A DNA stretch of 64,000 nucleotides from Burkholderiales bacterium (GCA_050246035.1 JBFWWT010000004.1:1568-65567); one strand, 5' to 3'; shown: positions 8,702-19,580, counted from the first letter of the stretch. A program made the numbers and translations. Notes: a model not told the origin generated them from the letters alone.

Positions 8702-11542
8702 ATGAATGACGCCATCCGCGTCCGCGGCGCGCGAACGCACAACCTGAAGAACTTGAGCGTCGATCTGCCGCGCCACCGGCTGGTGGTGATCACGGGGCTC
8801 TCCGGCTCGGGAAAGTCCTCGCTGGCGTTCGACACGCTCTACGCGGAAGGCCAGCGCCGCTACGTCGAGTCGCTGTCGGCGTACGCGCGCCAGTTCCTGC
8901 AGCTCATGCAGAAGCCCGACGTCGACCTGATCGAGGGGCTGTCGCCCGCGATCGCCATCGAGCAGAAATCGGCCAGCCACAACCCGCGCTCGACCGTGGG
9001 CACGGTGACCGAGATCCATGATTACCTGCGCCTGCTCTTCGCGCGCGCCGGCACGCCGCATTGCCCGGACCACGGCCTGCCGCTCGCCGCCCAGTCGATC
9101 GCGCAGATGGTGGATCACGTGCTCGCGCTGCCGCCCGACACGCGCCTCATGGTGCTCGCGCCGGTGGTCGCCGGACGCCGGGGCGAGCAGTCGGAGCTTC
9201 TCGAGGAGCTGCGCGCGCAGGGCTTCACGCGCGTGCGCATCGACGGCAAGGTGCACGAACTGGAAGGCGCGCCGCGCCTCGCGCGGCAGGCCAAGCACTC
9301 GGTCGACGTTGTCATCGACCGGCTGCGCGTGCGGCCCGATGCGCGCCAGCGCCTGGCCGAATCGTTCGAGACGGCCCTGCGGCACGCCAATGGCCGCGCG
9401 CTCGCCGTGGAGACCGACGCCGGGCGCGAGCACGTGTTCTCGGCCCATTTCGCCTGCCCGGCGTGCGGCTTCGCGCTGGCCGAGCTGGAGCCGCGGCTGT
9501 TCTCGTTCAACAATCCGGCCGGCGCATGCCCGCGCTGCGACGGCCTGGGCGCGATCGAGTTCTTCGATCCCCGGCGCGTGGTCGCGCATCCCAACCTCAG
9601 CCTCGCGAGCGGGGCCATCCGGGGCTGGGACCGCCGCAACCATTTCTATCACGCGATGCTCGAGGCGCTCGCCGCGCACTACGGCTTCGACCTCGACACG
9701 CCGTGGGAGGCCCTGCCGGACGAGGCGCAGCAGCGCGTGCTGTACGGCTCGGGCGGGGAGGCGATCGCGTTCCGCTACCCGGGCGAGCGCGGCCGGATTT
9801 CCGTGCGCTCGCACGCCTTCGAGGGCGTGCTGCCCAATTTCGAGCGGCGCTACCGCGAAACCGAGTCCGCTGCAGTGCGCGAGGAGCTCGCGAAGTACCG
9901 CAACACGCGCGCCTGCCCGGACTGCGGCGGCGCGCGGCTGCGCCGCGAGGCGCTGCACGTGCGCGTGGCCGCGCGCGGCATCCACGAGGTCTCCGCGTGG
10001 CCGCTGCGCCGCGCGCTCGAGTTCTTCGACGCGCTCGAGCTGACCGGCGCGCAGGCCGCCGTCGCGGGACGCATCGTCGCCGAGATCGCCAGCCGCCTGC
10101 GCTTCCTCGTCAACGTCGGCCTCGACTACCTGAGCCTGGAGCGCGCCGCGCAGTCGCTCTCGGGCGGCGAGGCGCAGCGCATTCGCCTCGCGAGCCAGAT
10201 CGGCTCGGGGCTGACCGGCGTGCTCTACGTCCTGGACGAGCCCTCGATCGGGCTGCACCCGCGCGACAACGCGCGTCTCATCGACACGCTCAAGCACCTG
10301 CGCGACCTCGGCAATTCCGTGGTCGTCGTCGAGCATGATGCGGAGGCGATCCTCGCGGCCGACCACGTCGTGGACATGGGTCCGGGGGCTGGTGAGGCGG
10401 GCGGCCGGATCGTCGCAGAGGGTCCGCCAGAAGGCATAATCGAGAGTGAGCAATCGCTTACCGGAAAGTATCTATCCAATAGCCTGCGAATCGAGATCCC
10501 AGGGCGTCGCCTGCCGAGGAGGAAGGGTGGCGCGCTGCGCATCGCCGGCGCCAGCGGAAACAACCTCAAGCAGGCGACGGTCGAGTTCCCGGTCGGGCTC
10601 TTCGTTTGCGTGACCGGTGTCTCGGGCTCGGGGAAGTCGACGCTCGTCAACGACACGCTGTACCGCGCGGCCGCGCGCCACCTCTACGGAAGCGCCGAGG
10701 AGCCTGCGCCCTGCGAGTCCGTGGAAGGCCTGGAGCATTTCGACAAGGTGGTGAGCGTGGACCAGAGCCCGATCGGGCGCACGCCCCGCTCCAATCCCGC
10801 CACCTACACGGGGCTCTTCGCGCCCATCCGCGAGCTGTTCGCCGGCACGCCCGAGGCGCGCGCGCGGGGCTACGACGGGGGGCGCTTCTCATTCAACGTG
10901 AAAGGCGGACGCTGCGAGGCCTGCCAGGGCGACGGCCTCATCAAGGTCGAGATGCATTTTTTGCCCGACATCTACGTGCCCTGCGATGTCTGCCACGGCT
11001 CGCGCTACAACCGCGAGACGCTGGAAATCCGCTACAAGGGCAAGACGATCCTCGAGGTTCTGCAGATGACCGTGCGCGAGGCGAACGCCTTCTTCGGCGC
11101 GGTACCCGCCGTGGCGCGCAAGCTGCGGACGCTGCTCGACGTGGGCCTGGGCTACGTCCAGCTCGGCCAGTCGGCGACCACGCTCTCGGGCGGGGAGGCG
11201 CAGCGCGTCAAGCTCGCGCTCGAGCTGTCGAAGCGCGACACCGGACGCACGCTCTACATCCTGGACGAGCCCACCACCGGGCTGCATTTCCACGACGTGA
11301 AGCTGCTGCTCGACGTCCTGCATCGCCTGCGCGACGCGGGCAACACGGTGGTGGTCATCGAGCACAACCTGGACGTGGTGAAGACGGCGGACTGGGTGAT
11401 CGATCTCGGCCCCGAGGGCGGGGACGGCGGCGGGCGGCTCGTCGTCGAAGGAACGCCGGAGGCGGTAGCCGCTTGCCGCGAGAGCTTCACAGGTCGATAT
11501 CTGGGCAAGATCCTCGCGCCCGCTCCCCAACGGGTCGCTTGA
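8702..11542 (+). CDS. uvrA: Excinuclease ABC subunit A
   Basis: [17 protein letters not shown]...[14 protein letters not shown], two ABC modules and zinc-finger cysteines. Confidence 0.97.
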   Translation: MNDAIRVRGARTHNLKNLSVDLPRHRLVVITGLSGSGKSSLAFDTLYAEGQRRYVESLSAYARQFLQLMQKPDVDLIEGLSPAIAIEQKSASHNPRSTVGTVTEIHDYLRLLFARAGTPHCPDHGLPLAAQSIAQMVDHVLALPPDTRLMVLAPVVAGRRGEQSELLEELRAQGFTRVRIDGKVHELEGAPRLARQAKHSVDVVIDRLRVRPDARQRLAESFETALRHANGRALAVETDAGREHVFSAHFACPACGFALAELEPRLFSFNNPAGACPRCDGLGAIEFFDPRRVVAHPNLSLASGAIRGWDRRNHFYHAMLEALAAHYGFDLDTPWEALPDEAQQRVLYGSGGEAIAFRYPGERGRISVRSHAFEGVLPNFERRYRETESAAVREELAKYRNTRACPDCGGARLRREALHVRVAARGIHEVSAWPLRRALEFFDALELTGAQAAVAGRIVAEIASRLRFLVNVGLDYLSLERAAQSLSGGEAQRIRLASQIGSGLTGVLYVLDEPSIGLHPRDNARLIDTLKHLRDLGNSVVVVEHDAEAILAADHVVDMGPGAGEAGGRIVAEGPPEGIIESEQSLTGKYLSNSLRIEIPGRRLPRRKGGALRIAGASGNNLKQATVEFPVGLFVCVTGVSGSGKSTLVNDTLYRAAARHLYGSAEEPAPCESVEGLEHFDKVVSVDQSPIGRTPRSNPATYTGLFAPIRELFAGTPEARARGYDGGRFSFNVKGGRCEACQGDGLIKVEMHFLPDIYVPCDVCHGSRYNRETLEIRYKGKTILEVLQMTVREANAFFGAVPAVARKLRTLLDVGLGYVQLGQSATTLSGGEAQRVKLALELSKRDTGRTLYILDEPTTGLHFHDVKLLLDVLHRLRDAGNTVVVIEHNLDVVKTADWVIDLGPEGGDGGGRLVVEGTPEAVAACRESFTGRYLGKILAPAPQRVA

Positions 11543-11567
11543 CACACACGAACGATCGTACTATTTT
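11539..11567 (+). promoter_or_regulatory. Candidate sigma70 promoter of tetR (TTGACA-17 nt-TATTTT); it predicts a leaderless or near-leaderless mRNA
   Basis: A perfect -35 TTGACA at 11539-11544 and a -10-like TATTTT at 11562-11567. The ATG at 11575 lies 8 nt after the -10 with no SD sequence. Confidence 0.45.
11549..11566 (-). promoter_or_regulatory. Putative TetR operator, copy 1 (AAATAGTACGATCGTTCG on the minus strand)
   Basis: Identical at 17 of 18 positions to a second copy at 12255-12272. It contains the palindrome ACGATCGT and sits in the promoter spacer and -10 region. Confidence 0.55.
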
Positions 11568-11574
11568 GCGCGCC

Positions 11575-12207
11575 ATGGAGAAGCCGACCAAGGGCGAGCA
11601 GACGCGCCTCGCGATCCTCGACGAGGCGCTGAGGGTTGCACGCCGCCTGGGCCTGGAGGGCCTCACCATCGGCACCCTCGCCGACGCCACCGGCATGTCG
11701 AAATCGGGGCTGTTCGCCCACTTCGGCTCGCGCGAAGACCTGCAGCTCGCCGTACTCGCGCATGGCGCCCGCCAATACGGCGAGCGCGTGCTCATGCCCG
11801 CGCTCGAGATCGACCGCGGCCTGCCCAGGCTGCGCGCGCTTTTCGAGCGCTGGCTCGACTGGACGTTGCAGACCGAGATCCCCGGCGGCTGCATCATGGT
11901 CTCGGCCGCGCACGAGTACGACGACCGGCCCGGCCCGATCCGGGACGCGGCGGTCGAAATGCAGCGCCGCGGCATCGGCGTGACCGAGCGCGCCGTGCGC
12001 CTCGCGATCGAGGAAGGACATCTGAAGAAAGGCACCGACCCCGAGCAGATCGCCTTCGAGCTTCTCGGCATCGTGCTCGCCAGTCACAACCATGGGCGGT
12101 TGCTCGGCGACAAGGAGGCGCGCAGGCGCGCGCTCACTGCGTTCGACGCGCTCATCGCCCGTCACGCCGCGCCCGCGCAGCCGCGCCTGCGCGCGGCCGC
12201 CCGCTAA
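11575..12207 (+). CDS. TetR/AcrR family transcriptional regulator
   Basis: N-terminal HTH (RLAILDEALRVARRLGLEGLTIGTLADATGMSKSGLFAHFGSREDLQLAVL). Confidence 0.9.
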   Translation: MEKPTKGEQTRLAILDEALRVARRLGLEGLTIGTLADATGMSKSGLFAHFGSREDLQLAVLAHGARQYGERVLMPALEIDRGLPRLRALFERWLDWTLQTEIPGGCIMVSAAHEYDDRPGPIRDAAVEMQRRGIGVTERAVRLAIEEGHLKKGTDPEQIAFELLGIVLASHNHGRLLGDKEARRRALTAFDALIARHAAPAQPRLRAAAR

Positions 12208-12225
12208 CCCGAAAGGAACCGACAC

Positions 12226-13161
12226 ATGTCCCGGACACTCTCGCTCTCGCAGATAAATAGTACGAACGTTCGCTTTATGTTTGAAACACTCGCGCGCCGC
12301 ATCGGCCTGCGTACCTCGGCGTTCATCGCGCCGGGTCTCGCTGGAATGTGGGCCGAGCGCCTGTTCCTCACGCCGCCGAAGCCGCGCTATCCGACCGCCG
12401 AGGTCTTCGACCTCCTCGATGCGCGCCAGAGCTTTGTCCTTCACAAGGGCCGGCACCTCGCGACCTGGCGCTGGGGCTCGCGCGAGGCGCCGGCCGTACT
12501 GCTCGCGCACGGCTGGGGCGGGCGCGCGACGCAGATGCGCGCGTTCGTCGCGCCGTTGCTCGCTGCCGGATTCCGCGTCATCGCCTACGACCAGCCCGCG
12601 CACGGGCTTTCCGACGGCCGTCTTACGGGCCTTCCCGATTTCTCCGATGCGCTCGCGGAGGTCGCGCGCCACCATGGCGGCGTGCGCGCGGTGGTCGCGC
12701 ACTCGCTGGGCGGCCCTGCCACCGCGATCGCGATCGCACGCGGATTGACCCTCGAACGCGTCGTGCTCGTCAGCCCGCCTTCGGACCTGGTGGGCTACTC
12801 GCGGCGCTTCGCGCGCTGGCTCGCGATTCCCGAGCGGGTGCGACGCGCCATGCAAGCGGCCATCGAGGAGCGCTTTGGCGTGCGCTGGGCGGACCTGGAA
12901 CTCGCGCGCGTCGCGCCGAGGCTGCGCGCCGACGCGCTCGTGATCCACGACCGGGCCGACACGATGGTGCCGTGGCGCCAGGGCGCCGCCGTCGCTCGGC
13001 ACTGGCCCGGCGCCCGGCTGATGAGCACGCGGGGACTGGGCCACGGCCGCATCCTCGAGGACGAGGCGGTGGCGCGCGCCGCCGCGGACTTCATCGTCGG
13101 CCGCTCGGCAGTGGTCCAGCCCGCGTGGCCCGCGCTGCCCCAGCCTGCCCCTCTCTACTGA
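12226..13161 (+). CDS. Alpha/beta hydrolase
   Basis: Nucleophile elbow AHSLGG and oxyanion region LLAHGWGG. ATG 12226 has an AAGGA SD-like sequence upstream. An alternative start at ATG 12277 would place the operator upstream of the gene. Confidence 0.75.
   Translation: MSRTLSLSQINSTNVRFMFETLARRIGLRTSAFIAPGLAGMWAERLFLTPPKPRYPTAEVFDLLDARQSFVLHKGRHLATWRWGSREAPAVLLAHGWGGRATQMRAFVAPLLAAGFRVIAYDQPAHGLSDGRLTGLPDFSDALAEVARHHGGVRAVVAHSLGGPATAIAIARGLTLERVVLVSPPSDLVGYSRRFARWLAIPERVRRAMQAAIEERFGVRWADLELARVAPRLRADALVIHDRADTMVPWRQGAAVARHWPGARLMSTRGLGHGRILEDEAVARAAADFIVGRSAVVQPAWPALPQPAPLY
12255..12272 (+). promoter_or_regulatory. Putative TetR operator, copy 2 (AAATAGTACGAACGTTCG)
   Basis: Near-identical inverted copy of the site at 11549-11566. 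It contains the palindrome CGAACGTTCG and lies in an AT-rich patch at the 5' end of the hydrolase gene. Confidence 0.55.
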
Positions 13162-13170
13162 AGAGGCTGC

Positions 13171-13890
13171 ATGCGGCGGGTTTACAGCGCTCCGGCAATG
13201 GGGCGAGAATGCCCTCGCCCCCCCATGCCCGGAAAGATCTTCCGCTTCGGGCCGACCCCGGAGCATAAGGCGCACCATCTGTTCGTGTTCCTGCACGGCA
13301 GCGGGGGGACCTCCAAGTCCATGATTCCCATCGCGTTCCGCTTCCAGGCGCGCTTTCCGAGCGCGGCGCTGGTGGTGCCGAGCGGCTTCGCCCGCTCGGA
13401 GGTGGACGGCGAGGCGCAACAGTGGTTCTCGACGCGCGGGCTGAACGACGACAACCGCATGGAGCGCGTGGCCGCCGTGTTGCCGAAGCTGGAGGTGCTC
13501 GTGCGCCGCGAGCAGGCCAACTGCGGCGTATCCGCAGAGCGCACGGTGCTGATCGGCTTCTCGCAGGGCGGCACGATGGCGCTCGAGGCGGTGAAGCAGG
13601 TGCCGGGGCTCGCCGGCGCGGTGGTCGCCTATTCGGCGCGCTTTGCGCGCCTGCCGAAGAGCGGCACCCGCATCGGCTCGCGCGTGCACCTCGTGCACGG
13701 CGAGCACGACGCGGTGGTCTCGCGGGTGCACGCCGAGCGCGCAGCGCGCATGCTCGCCGCGCTGCACGTGCCGGTGACGCTGGACATCGTCGAGGACCTC
13801 GGGCACGCCCTCACGCACAGCGCGATCTGCCTCGGATCGCTGCGGCTGCTGCAGGGCATCTACGAAGGCCGGCGGGCGACGCTGCACTGA
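13171..13890 (+). CDS. Phospholipase/carboxylesterase family serine hydrolase
   Basis: FLHGSGG...LIGFSQGGTMAL...VHGEHD is the Abhydrolase_2-type pattern. Alternative start at ATG 13225. Confidence 0.75.
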   Translation: MRRVYSAPAMGRECPRPPMPGKIFRFGPTPEHKAHHLFVFLHGSGGTSKSMIPIAFRFQARFPSAALVVPSGFARSEVDGEAQQWFSTRGLNDDNRMERVAAVLPKLEVLVRREQANCGVSAERTVLIGFSQGGTMALEAVKQVPGLAGAVVAYSARFARLPKSGTRIGSRVHLVHGEHDAVVSRVHAERAARMLAALHVPVTLDIVEDLGHALTHSAICLGSLRLLQGIYEGRRATLH

Positions 13891-13891
13891 C

Positions 13892-14860
13892 ATGGGGACG
13901 GTTGTCGCGCTCGGCGGTCAGGCGGGCGGCGCCAAGCTCGCCGAGGGGCTCTACCGCCTGCGCGGCCGCGGTCTCGCGGTCATCGTCAACACCGGCGATG
14001 ACTACGACTACCTCGGGCTGCACGTCGCCCCGGACATCGACACGATGCTCTACGCGCTCGCCGGGCTCGCCGACGCGGCGAAGGGCTGGGAGCCGGCGGG
14101 CGAGACCTTCGCCTGCCATGCGATGCTCCTGCGCCTGCGCGGCCCGGGCGCCGTGCCGATCGGCGACCGCGCGCTCGCGCTGCAACTCCTGCGCGCCGAG
14201 GCCCTGCGCGCCGAGCGCTCGCCCACGTCGATCACGCTCGAGCTCGCGCAGCGCATGGGCATCGAGGCGCGCGTATTGCCGATGTGCGACGACCCGGTGC
14301 GCACGGTGGTGCACACCGAGTCAGGGACAATGAGCTTCCAGGACTATTTCGTCGACCTGAAGTGCGAGCCCGAGGTGCGCGCCTTCCAATACGCCGGCGT
14401 CGAGGATGCCCGGATCCCCGACGAGGCACTGGAGGCGCTGCATGCCCCGGACCTGGAGGCGGTGGTGCTGCTGCCGTGCAATCCTTACCACACGATTCTG
14501 CCGATCCTCTCGGTCCCGGGAATGCGCGAGGCACTGCGCAGGCGCGGTGCGCCCGTGATCGCGGTGAGCCCGATCATCGGCGGCCGGGCCCTGCAGGGCT
14601 CGGCGGCGAAGATGATGCGCGAGCTCGGGCGCGAGGTGAGCGCGCGCGCCGTGGCCATGGAATACCGCGGGCTCGCCGACGGCATCGTCATCGACAGCTC
14701 GGACGAATCGCTCGCCGAGGGTATCCGCGCAAGCGGCCTGCACGTGCTCGCGGTGCCGACCTACATGCGCACGCCCGACGATCGCGTGCGCCTGGCGCGC
14801 GCGGTGCTCGAGTTCGCGCGCGCCGTGCGCCTGCGACAGGAAATCGCGGCCGACGCCTAG
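13892..14860 (+). CDS. 2-phospho-L-lactate transferase (CofD) family protein
   Basis: LGGQAGGAKL...VIVNTGDDYDYLGLHVAPDIDTMLYALAGL...VSPIIGGRALQGSAAKMM matches the CofD layout. It starts 1 nt after the upstream stop. Confidence 0.75.
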   Translation: MGTVVALGGQAGGAKLAEGLYRLRGRGLAVIVNTGDDYDYLGLHVAPDIDTMLYALAGLADAAKGWEPAGETFACHAMLLRLRGPGAVPIGDRALALQLLRAEALRAERSPTSITLELAQRMGIEARVLPMCDDPVRTVVHTESGTMSFQDYFVDLKCEPEVRAFQYAGVEDARIPDEALEALHAPDLEAVVLLPCNPYHTILPILSVPGMREALRRRGAPVIAVSPIIGGRALQGSAAKMMRELGREVSARAVAMEYRGLADGIVIDSSDESLAEGIRASGLHVLAVPTYMRTPDDRVRLARAVLEFARAVRLRQEIAADA

Positions 14861-15528
14861 CGCAGCAGGGCGTACTCGCCGCCCTTGTCGATCGCCCGGC
14901 GGTACGCCGGGCGCGCGTGGATGCGCTCGAGAAAGGCCATCAGCCGCGGCCGGCGTGCATCCAGGCCGCCGCGCACCGCGGCGGCCTCGAGCGGAAAGCT
15001 CATCTGCACGTCGGCGGCGCTGAACTCCGCGCCCGCGAACCACGGCCGCGCCGCGAGTTCGGACTCCATGAAGTCGAGATTGCGGTCGATATTCGGCTGG
15101 ATGTACCCGGCCTTGGCGCGCCGGGCGATGGCGCGCGCGACGGGCCGAACGAAGAACGGCATCGGTCCGGTCTCCACGCGGTCGAAGAGCAGCTTGAGCA
15201 GGAGCGGCGGCTGGGCGGTGCCTTCCGCGAAGTGCATCCAGTAGCGGTAGCGCATGCGTTCGGGCGTGCCGGCGGGCGGCACGAGACGTCCATCGCCATA
15301 GCGCTCGGCCAGATACTCGATGATGGCGCCGGATTCTGCGAGCACCTGCCCGCCGTCCTCGATCACCGGCGACTTGCCGAGCGGATGCACCGCGCGCAGC
15401 TCGGGCGGCGCCAGCATGGTCTTCGCGTCTCGCTGGTAGCGCTTCACCTCGTAAGGCAGGTCGAGCTCCTCGAGCAGCCAGAGCACGCGCTGCGAGCGCG
15501 AGTTGTTGAGGTGGTGGACGACGATCAT
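14857..15528 (-). CDS. Glutathione S-transferase
   Basis: [27 protein letters not shown]...[13 protein letters not shown] is a GST N-terminal thioredoxin-like motif. ATGA overlap with the upstream gene. Confidence 0.85.
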   Translation of the reverse strand: MIVVHHLNNSRSQRVLWLLEELDLPYEVKRYQRDAKTMLAPPELRAVHPLGKSPVIEDGGQVLAESGAIIEYLAERYGDGRLVPPAGTPERMRYRYWMHFAEGTAQPPLLLKLLFDRVETGPMPFFVRPVARAIARRAKAGYIQPNIDRNLDFMESELAARPWFAGAEFSAADVQMSFPLEAAAVRGGLDARRPRLMAFLERIHARPAYRRAIDKGGEYALLR

Positions 15529-17495
15529 GCCTGCAGCTCCGGCAGGTCCCGGAACAGCTCCAGCGCCTCCGGATTGGCGAGCGCGTCGGTGTTGGTGACC
15601 GGCATGCCGTGCACCACCGCCTTCACGGCGAGCTCCACCACCTTGTTGTTCTTGGTGCGCGGGATGTCCTCCACCTGCACGATCCGGCCCGGCACGTGGC
15701 GCCGGGTCGTGTGCTGGGCGATCCGCTGGCGAATGCGTTCCGCGAGCGCGTCGTCGAGGCGCAGACCCTCGCGCAGCTTCACGAACAGCACCACGCGCGT
15801 GTCGGTGGGCTGGTCCGGCGGCCACAGCTGGCCGATGGCGACCGACTCCTCGATCTCGGGAAATTTTTCCACCTGCGCGTAGATCTCCGCCGTTCCGATC
15901 CTCACGCCGCCCGGGTTGAGCGTGGCATCCGACCGGCCGTAGACGATCATCGTGCCGCGCTCGGTGAGCTCGCACCAGTCGCCGTGGCACCAGACGCCGG
16001 GGTAGCGCTCGAAGTAGGCCGAGCGGTACTTCTCCCCGCCGCGATCGTTCCAGAAGCCGAGCGGCATGGACGGAAACGGCTTCGTGCACACCAGCTCGCC
16101 CTTCTTCCCGACCACCCCGTTGCCCTCCTCGTCGAACACTTCGACGGCGAGGCCGAGCGAGCGGCACTGCAGCTCGCCGCGGTACACCGGGAGCACGGGG
16201 TTGGCGTCGGCGAACGCCGCCATGATGTCGGTGCCGCCCGAGATCGACGACAGGCACACGTCGGCCTTGATCTCGCGGTACACGTAATCGTAGCTCTCGG
16301 GCACGAGCGGCGAGCCCGTCGAGATCAGCATGCGCAGGCCCGGCTGCGGCGCGAATTCGCGCGGCTGCAGGCCGCGCTTGGCGATCGCGTCGATGAATTT
16401 CGCCGAGGTGCCGAAGTGGGTGAAGCGCTCGCGCTGCGCGTACTCGAAGAGGATGCGGCCCTCGCGCGCGAACGGCGAGCCGTCGTAGAGCATGACGGTG
16501 GCCTCCGCCGCCAGCCCGTGGAAGAGCAGGTTCCACATCACCCAGTTGCACGTCGTGTAGTAGAAGAAGTGGTCGCCGGGCCTCACGTCGAACTGCAGCT
16601 TGTACATCTTGAGCGCCGCGAGCAGCGTGCCCCCCGCCCCGTGCACGATGCACTTCGGCTTGCCGGTGGTGCCGGAGGTGAACAGGATGTACACCGGGTG
16701 GTCGAACGGCAGCTGCGCCCATTCGATCTCCCCCGGGGTGTGCCGGCGCAGCCAGTCCTCGAGCAGCACCGCCTTCGGGATGTCGTCGATCTCGGGCCGC
16801 GACTCGAGGTAGGGCACCACGACCACCTTGCGCAGGGTGGGCAGCTGCTCGGCGATCGCGCGCACGCGCTCCAGCACGTCGTGCTGCTTGCCGTTGTAGA
16901 GATAGCCGTCGGCCACGAAGAGCACCTTGGGCTCGATCTGGCCGAAGCGGTCGAGCACCCCCTCGACGCCGAAGTCCGGCGAGCAGGACGACCAGACGAT
17001 CCCCTGCGAGAGCGCGGCGAGCGCGAGCATGCCGGTCTCGGGCAGGTTCGGGATGAAGGCGGCGGCGCGGTCGCCGGGGCGCAGGCCGAGCTGCGCCAGC
17101 GCCTGCGCGGCGCGCGAGACGTCGCTCGTCAGGTCGGAGTAGCTCACGCGGCGCTGCGCGCCGCGCTCGTCCCAGAACACGAAGGCGTCGCCGCGGTCCC
17201 CGCGGCGCAGCAGGTTCTCGGCGAAGTTGAGCCGCGCCTCCGGGAACCACTTGGCGCCCGGCATCCTGTCGCCGTCGACGAGCACCGTGGACCCCTTGCG
17301 CGAGGCGCGCACCCCGCACCATTCCCAGACCTCGTTCCAGAAGTCCTCGGCGTGCTCCACCGACCAGCGGTAGAAGTCCGGGTAGGTGTTCAGCTCGAGC
17401 CGGCGCTTGCGCACCACGTGGCGCGCGAACTGGGTGAGCTGCGCCTGCTCGATCGCCTCCTCGGCGGGCTGCCAGATCGGTTGCATGGAGCGCAT
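15525..17495 (-). CDS. Acetoacetate--CoA ligase (acetoacetyl-CoA synthetase)
   Basis: 656 aa with the AMP-binding motif [16 protein letters not shown] and an N-terminus typical of acetoacetyl-CoA synthetase (FWNEVWEW...). Confidence 0.85.
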   Translation of the reverse strand: MRSMQPIWQPAEEAIEQAQLTQFARHVVRKRRLELNTYPDFYRWSVEHAEDFWNEVWEWCGVRASRKGSTVLVDGDRMPGAKWFPEARLNFAENLLRRGDRGDAFVFWDERGAQRRVSYSDLTSDVSRAAQALAQLGLRPGDRAAAFIPNLPETGMLALAALSQGIVWSSCSPDFGVEGVLDRFGQIEPKVLFVADGYLYNGKQHDVLERVRAIAEQLPTLRKVVVVPYLESRPEIDDIPKAVLLEDWLRRHTPGEIEWAQLPFDHPVYILFTSGTTGKPKCIVHGAGGTLLAALKMYKLQFDVRPGDHFFYYTTCNWVMWNLLFHGLAAEATVMLYDGSPFAREGRILFEYAQRERFTHFGTSAKFIDAIAKRGLQPREFAPQPGLRMLISTGSPLVPESYDYVYREIKADVCLSSISGGTDIMAAFADANPVLPVYRGELQCRSLGLAVEVFDEEGNGVVGKKGELVCTKPFPSMPLGFWNDRGGEKYRSAYFERYPGVWCHGDWCELTERGTMIVYGRSDATLNPGGVRIGTAEIYAQVEKFPEIEESVAIGQLWPPDQPTDTRVVLFVKLREGLRLDDALAERIRQRIAQHTTRRHVPGRIVQVEDIPRTKNNKVVELAVKAVVHGMPVTNTDALANPEALELFRDLPELQA

Positions 17496-17528
17496 TATCC
17501 CGCCGATGCGCTAAGATGCGCGCCTTCA

Positions 17529-17894
17529 ATGAAGAAACAATCCTACGACTGCAGCAAGTGCCCCGCCTACTGCTGCAGCTACCCGGAGATCGAGGTCTCC
17601 AAGGCGGACATCGCGCGCCTCGCGCGCCATTTCGGCCTGAGCGAAGCGGCGGCCGAGGAGCGCTTCACCAAGCTGCAGCGCGAGGAGAAGGTGCGCATCC
17701 TGCGCCACCGCGAGGACGAGCATTTCAGCTCGGTGTGCATGTTCCTCGACCGCAAGACGCGGCGCTGCACGGTGTACGAGGCGCGCCCGCATACCTGCCG
17801 CGCCTATCCCTACGGGCCGCGCTGCGGCTACTTCGAGTTCCTGAAGTTCGAGCGCGAGCACCAGGACGACGAGAACTTCGTCGCCACGACCTGA
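17529..17894 (+). CDS. YkgJ family cysteine-cluster protein (CxxCxxCC-type)
   Basis: [11 protein letters not shown] ... CMFLD...[16 protein letters not shown]. Confidence 0.8.
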   Translation: MKKQSYDCSKCPAYCCSYPEIEVSKADIARLARHFGLSEAAAEERFTKLQREEKVRILRHREDEHFSSVCMFLDRKTRRCTVYEARPHTCRAYPYGPRCGYFEFLKFEREHQDDENFVATT

Positions 17895-17897
17895 GGG

Positions 17898-19580
17898 CTA
17901 TTTCCGGCGCCCGAGCGCCTGCTGCCGGATCGCGGTAAGGGTGGTGCCGGTGGTGATGGCGTCCGGATCGATCCTCAGCTCGATCAGCGCGGGCTTTCCC
18001 GAGGCGAGCGAGCGCTCGAAAGCCGGCGCGAACTGGTCGGTCGCCTCCACGACCTCGCCGTGGCCGCCGAAGGCGCGGGCATAGGCGGCGAAGTCCGGGT
18101 TCTTCAGCTCGGTGCCCGAAACGCGCCCGGGATACTCGCGCTCCTGGTGCATGCGGATGGTGCCGTACATGCCGTTGTTGACCACGAGCGTGATCACCGG
18201 CGCCCCGTACTGCACGGCGGTCGCGAACTCCTGGCCGGTCATGAGGAAGTCGCCGTCCCCGGTCACCGCGAGCACGGTGCGCTGCGGGGCCGCGAGCTTG
18301 GCGGCGATCGCCGAGGGCAGGCCGCAGCCCATCGAGCCGTTGGTCGAGCCGAGCTGCGTGCGAAAGCCCTTGTAGCGGAAATAGCGGTGCACCCAGCCGG
18401 AGAAGTTGCCGGCGCCGCCCGCGATGATCGCATCCTCCGGGAGGTTCGCGTCCAGCCACTTCACCACCTCGGCGTACTGGAGCTTGCCCGGGATCGGGCG
18501 GGCCTCGGTCCACGCGAGGTACTCCTCGCGCGCCCTGGCCGTGCGCGCGGCCCACTTCGCGCCATCCAGCTTCACCTGCGCGAGCGCCTGCACGAAACTC
18601 GCCATTCCCGAGTTGATCGGCAGCGCCGCGTGATAGACGCGCCCCAGCTCCTCGGCCCCGCCGTGCACATGAATGAGGCTCTGCGCGGGCACCGGCGCCT
18701 GGAAGAGCGTGTAGCCGCTCGTGGTCATCTCGCCCAGGCGCGCGCCGATCGCCAGCACCACGTCGGCCTCGCGCACGCGCTCGGCGAGTTTCGGGTTGAT
18801 GCCGATGCCGACGTCGCCCGCGAACGAGGGGCTGCGGTTGTCGAGCAGATCCTGGCAGCGAAACGACGTGCCCGCCGGGAGCTTCGCGACCTCGAGCCAG
18901 GCGCGAAGCTGGTCGCAGCTCGCGCGGTCCCAGCCGCCGCCGCCGAGGATCACGAAGGGCCGCTCGGCTGCCTGCAGGAGCTTTTGCAGCTCGCGCATGT
19001 CCGCCGGCGAAGGCGCCGGGCGCACGGACTTGTAGCGCGGCACGTCGGCGACCGCGGTCTCGGAAAAGAGCATGTCCTCGGGCAGCGCGAGCAGCACCGG
19101 CCCCGGGCGCCCCGCCGTGGCGGTGTGGAAGGCGTGGCTCACGTACTCCGGAATGCGCTCGGCGCGGTCGATCTGCGCCACCCACTTCGTGAGCGGGCCG
19201 TACATCCTCCGGTAGTCGATCTCCTGGAACGCTTCGCGCTCCGCGAAATCGTTGCCCACCTGACCCACGAACACGACGAGGGGCGTGGAGTCCTGGTGCG
19301 CCGTGTGCACGCCGACTGCGCCGTTGGTCGCGCCGGGGCCACGCGTGACGAAGAGGATGCCGGGCTCGCCCGTCAGCTTGCCGTAGGCCTCGGCCATGTA
19401 GGAGGCGCCGCCTTCCTGGCGGCAGACCACGAACTTCAACTGCTCGCGCACGTCGTAGAAGCCGTCCAGCACGGGCAGGTAGCTCTCGCCGGGCACGCCG
19501 AACGCGAGCTTCGCGCCGTGACCGACGAGTGCGTCGGCGAGGATCCGGCCGCCGTGGCGGGCCTTCAGGTCGGGTTTCAT
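17898..19580 (-). CDS. Thiamine pyrophosphate-binding enzyme (acetolactate synthase large-subunit-like)
   Basis: 560 aa with the TPP motif GDGDFLMTGQEF...VVNNGMYG. ATGA overlap with the upstream esterase gene. Confidence 0.8.
   Translation of the reverse strand: MKPDLKARHGGRILADALVGHGAKLAFGVPGESYLPVLDGFYDVREQLKFVVCRQEGGASYMAEAYGKLTGEPGILFVTRGPGATNGAVGVHTAHQDSTPLVVFVGQVGNDFAEREAFQEIDYRRMYGPLTKWVAQIDRAERIPEYVSHAFHTATAGRPGPVLLALPEDMLFSETAVADVPRYKSVRPAPSPADMRELQKLLQAAERPFVILGGGGWDRASCDQLRAWLEVAKLPAGTSFRCQDLLDNRSPSFAGDVGIGINPKLAERVREADVVLAIGARLGEMTTSGYTLFQAPVPAQSLIHVHGGAEELGRVYHAALPINSGMASFVQALAQVKLDGAKWAARTARAREEYLAWTEARPIPGKLQYAEVVKWLDANLPEDAIIAGGAGNFSGWVHRYFRYKGFRTQLGSTNGSMGCGLPSAIAAKLAAPQRTVLAVTGDGDFLMTGQEFATAVQYGAPVITLVVNNGMYGTIRMHQEREYPGRVSGTELKNPDFAAYARAFGGHGEVVEATDQFAPAFERSLASGKPALIELRIDPDAITTGTTLTAIRQQALGRRK

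Noticed and set aside
13892-14860. Calling the window an F420 (or coenzyme M) biosynthesis locus.
   Set aside because: Only single family members (CofD-like, ComB-like, ComDE-like) are present. They are dispersed, sit in unrelated operons and lack the other pathway genes. I report this only as an open question.
17898-19580. The TPP enzyme as sulfoacetaldehyde acetyltransferase (Xsc), which would complete a sulfonate degradation pathway with the ComDE-like genes.
   Set aside because: By eye, the N-terminal region and overall layout look like generic acetolactate-synthase-type TPP proteins rather than Xsc. The gene lies 20 kb away in an unrelated NIPSNAP-esterase operon. A phylogeny would be needed to say more.
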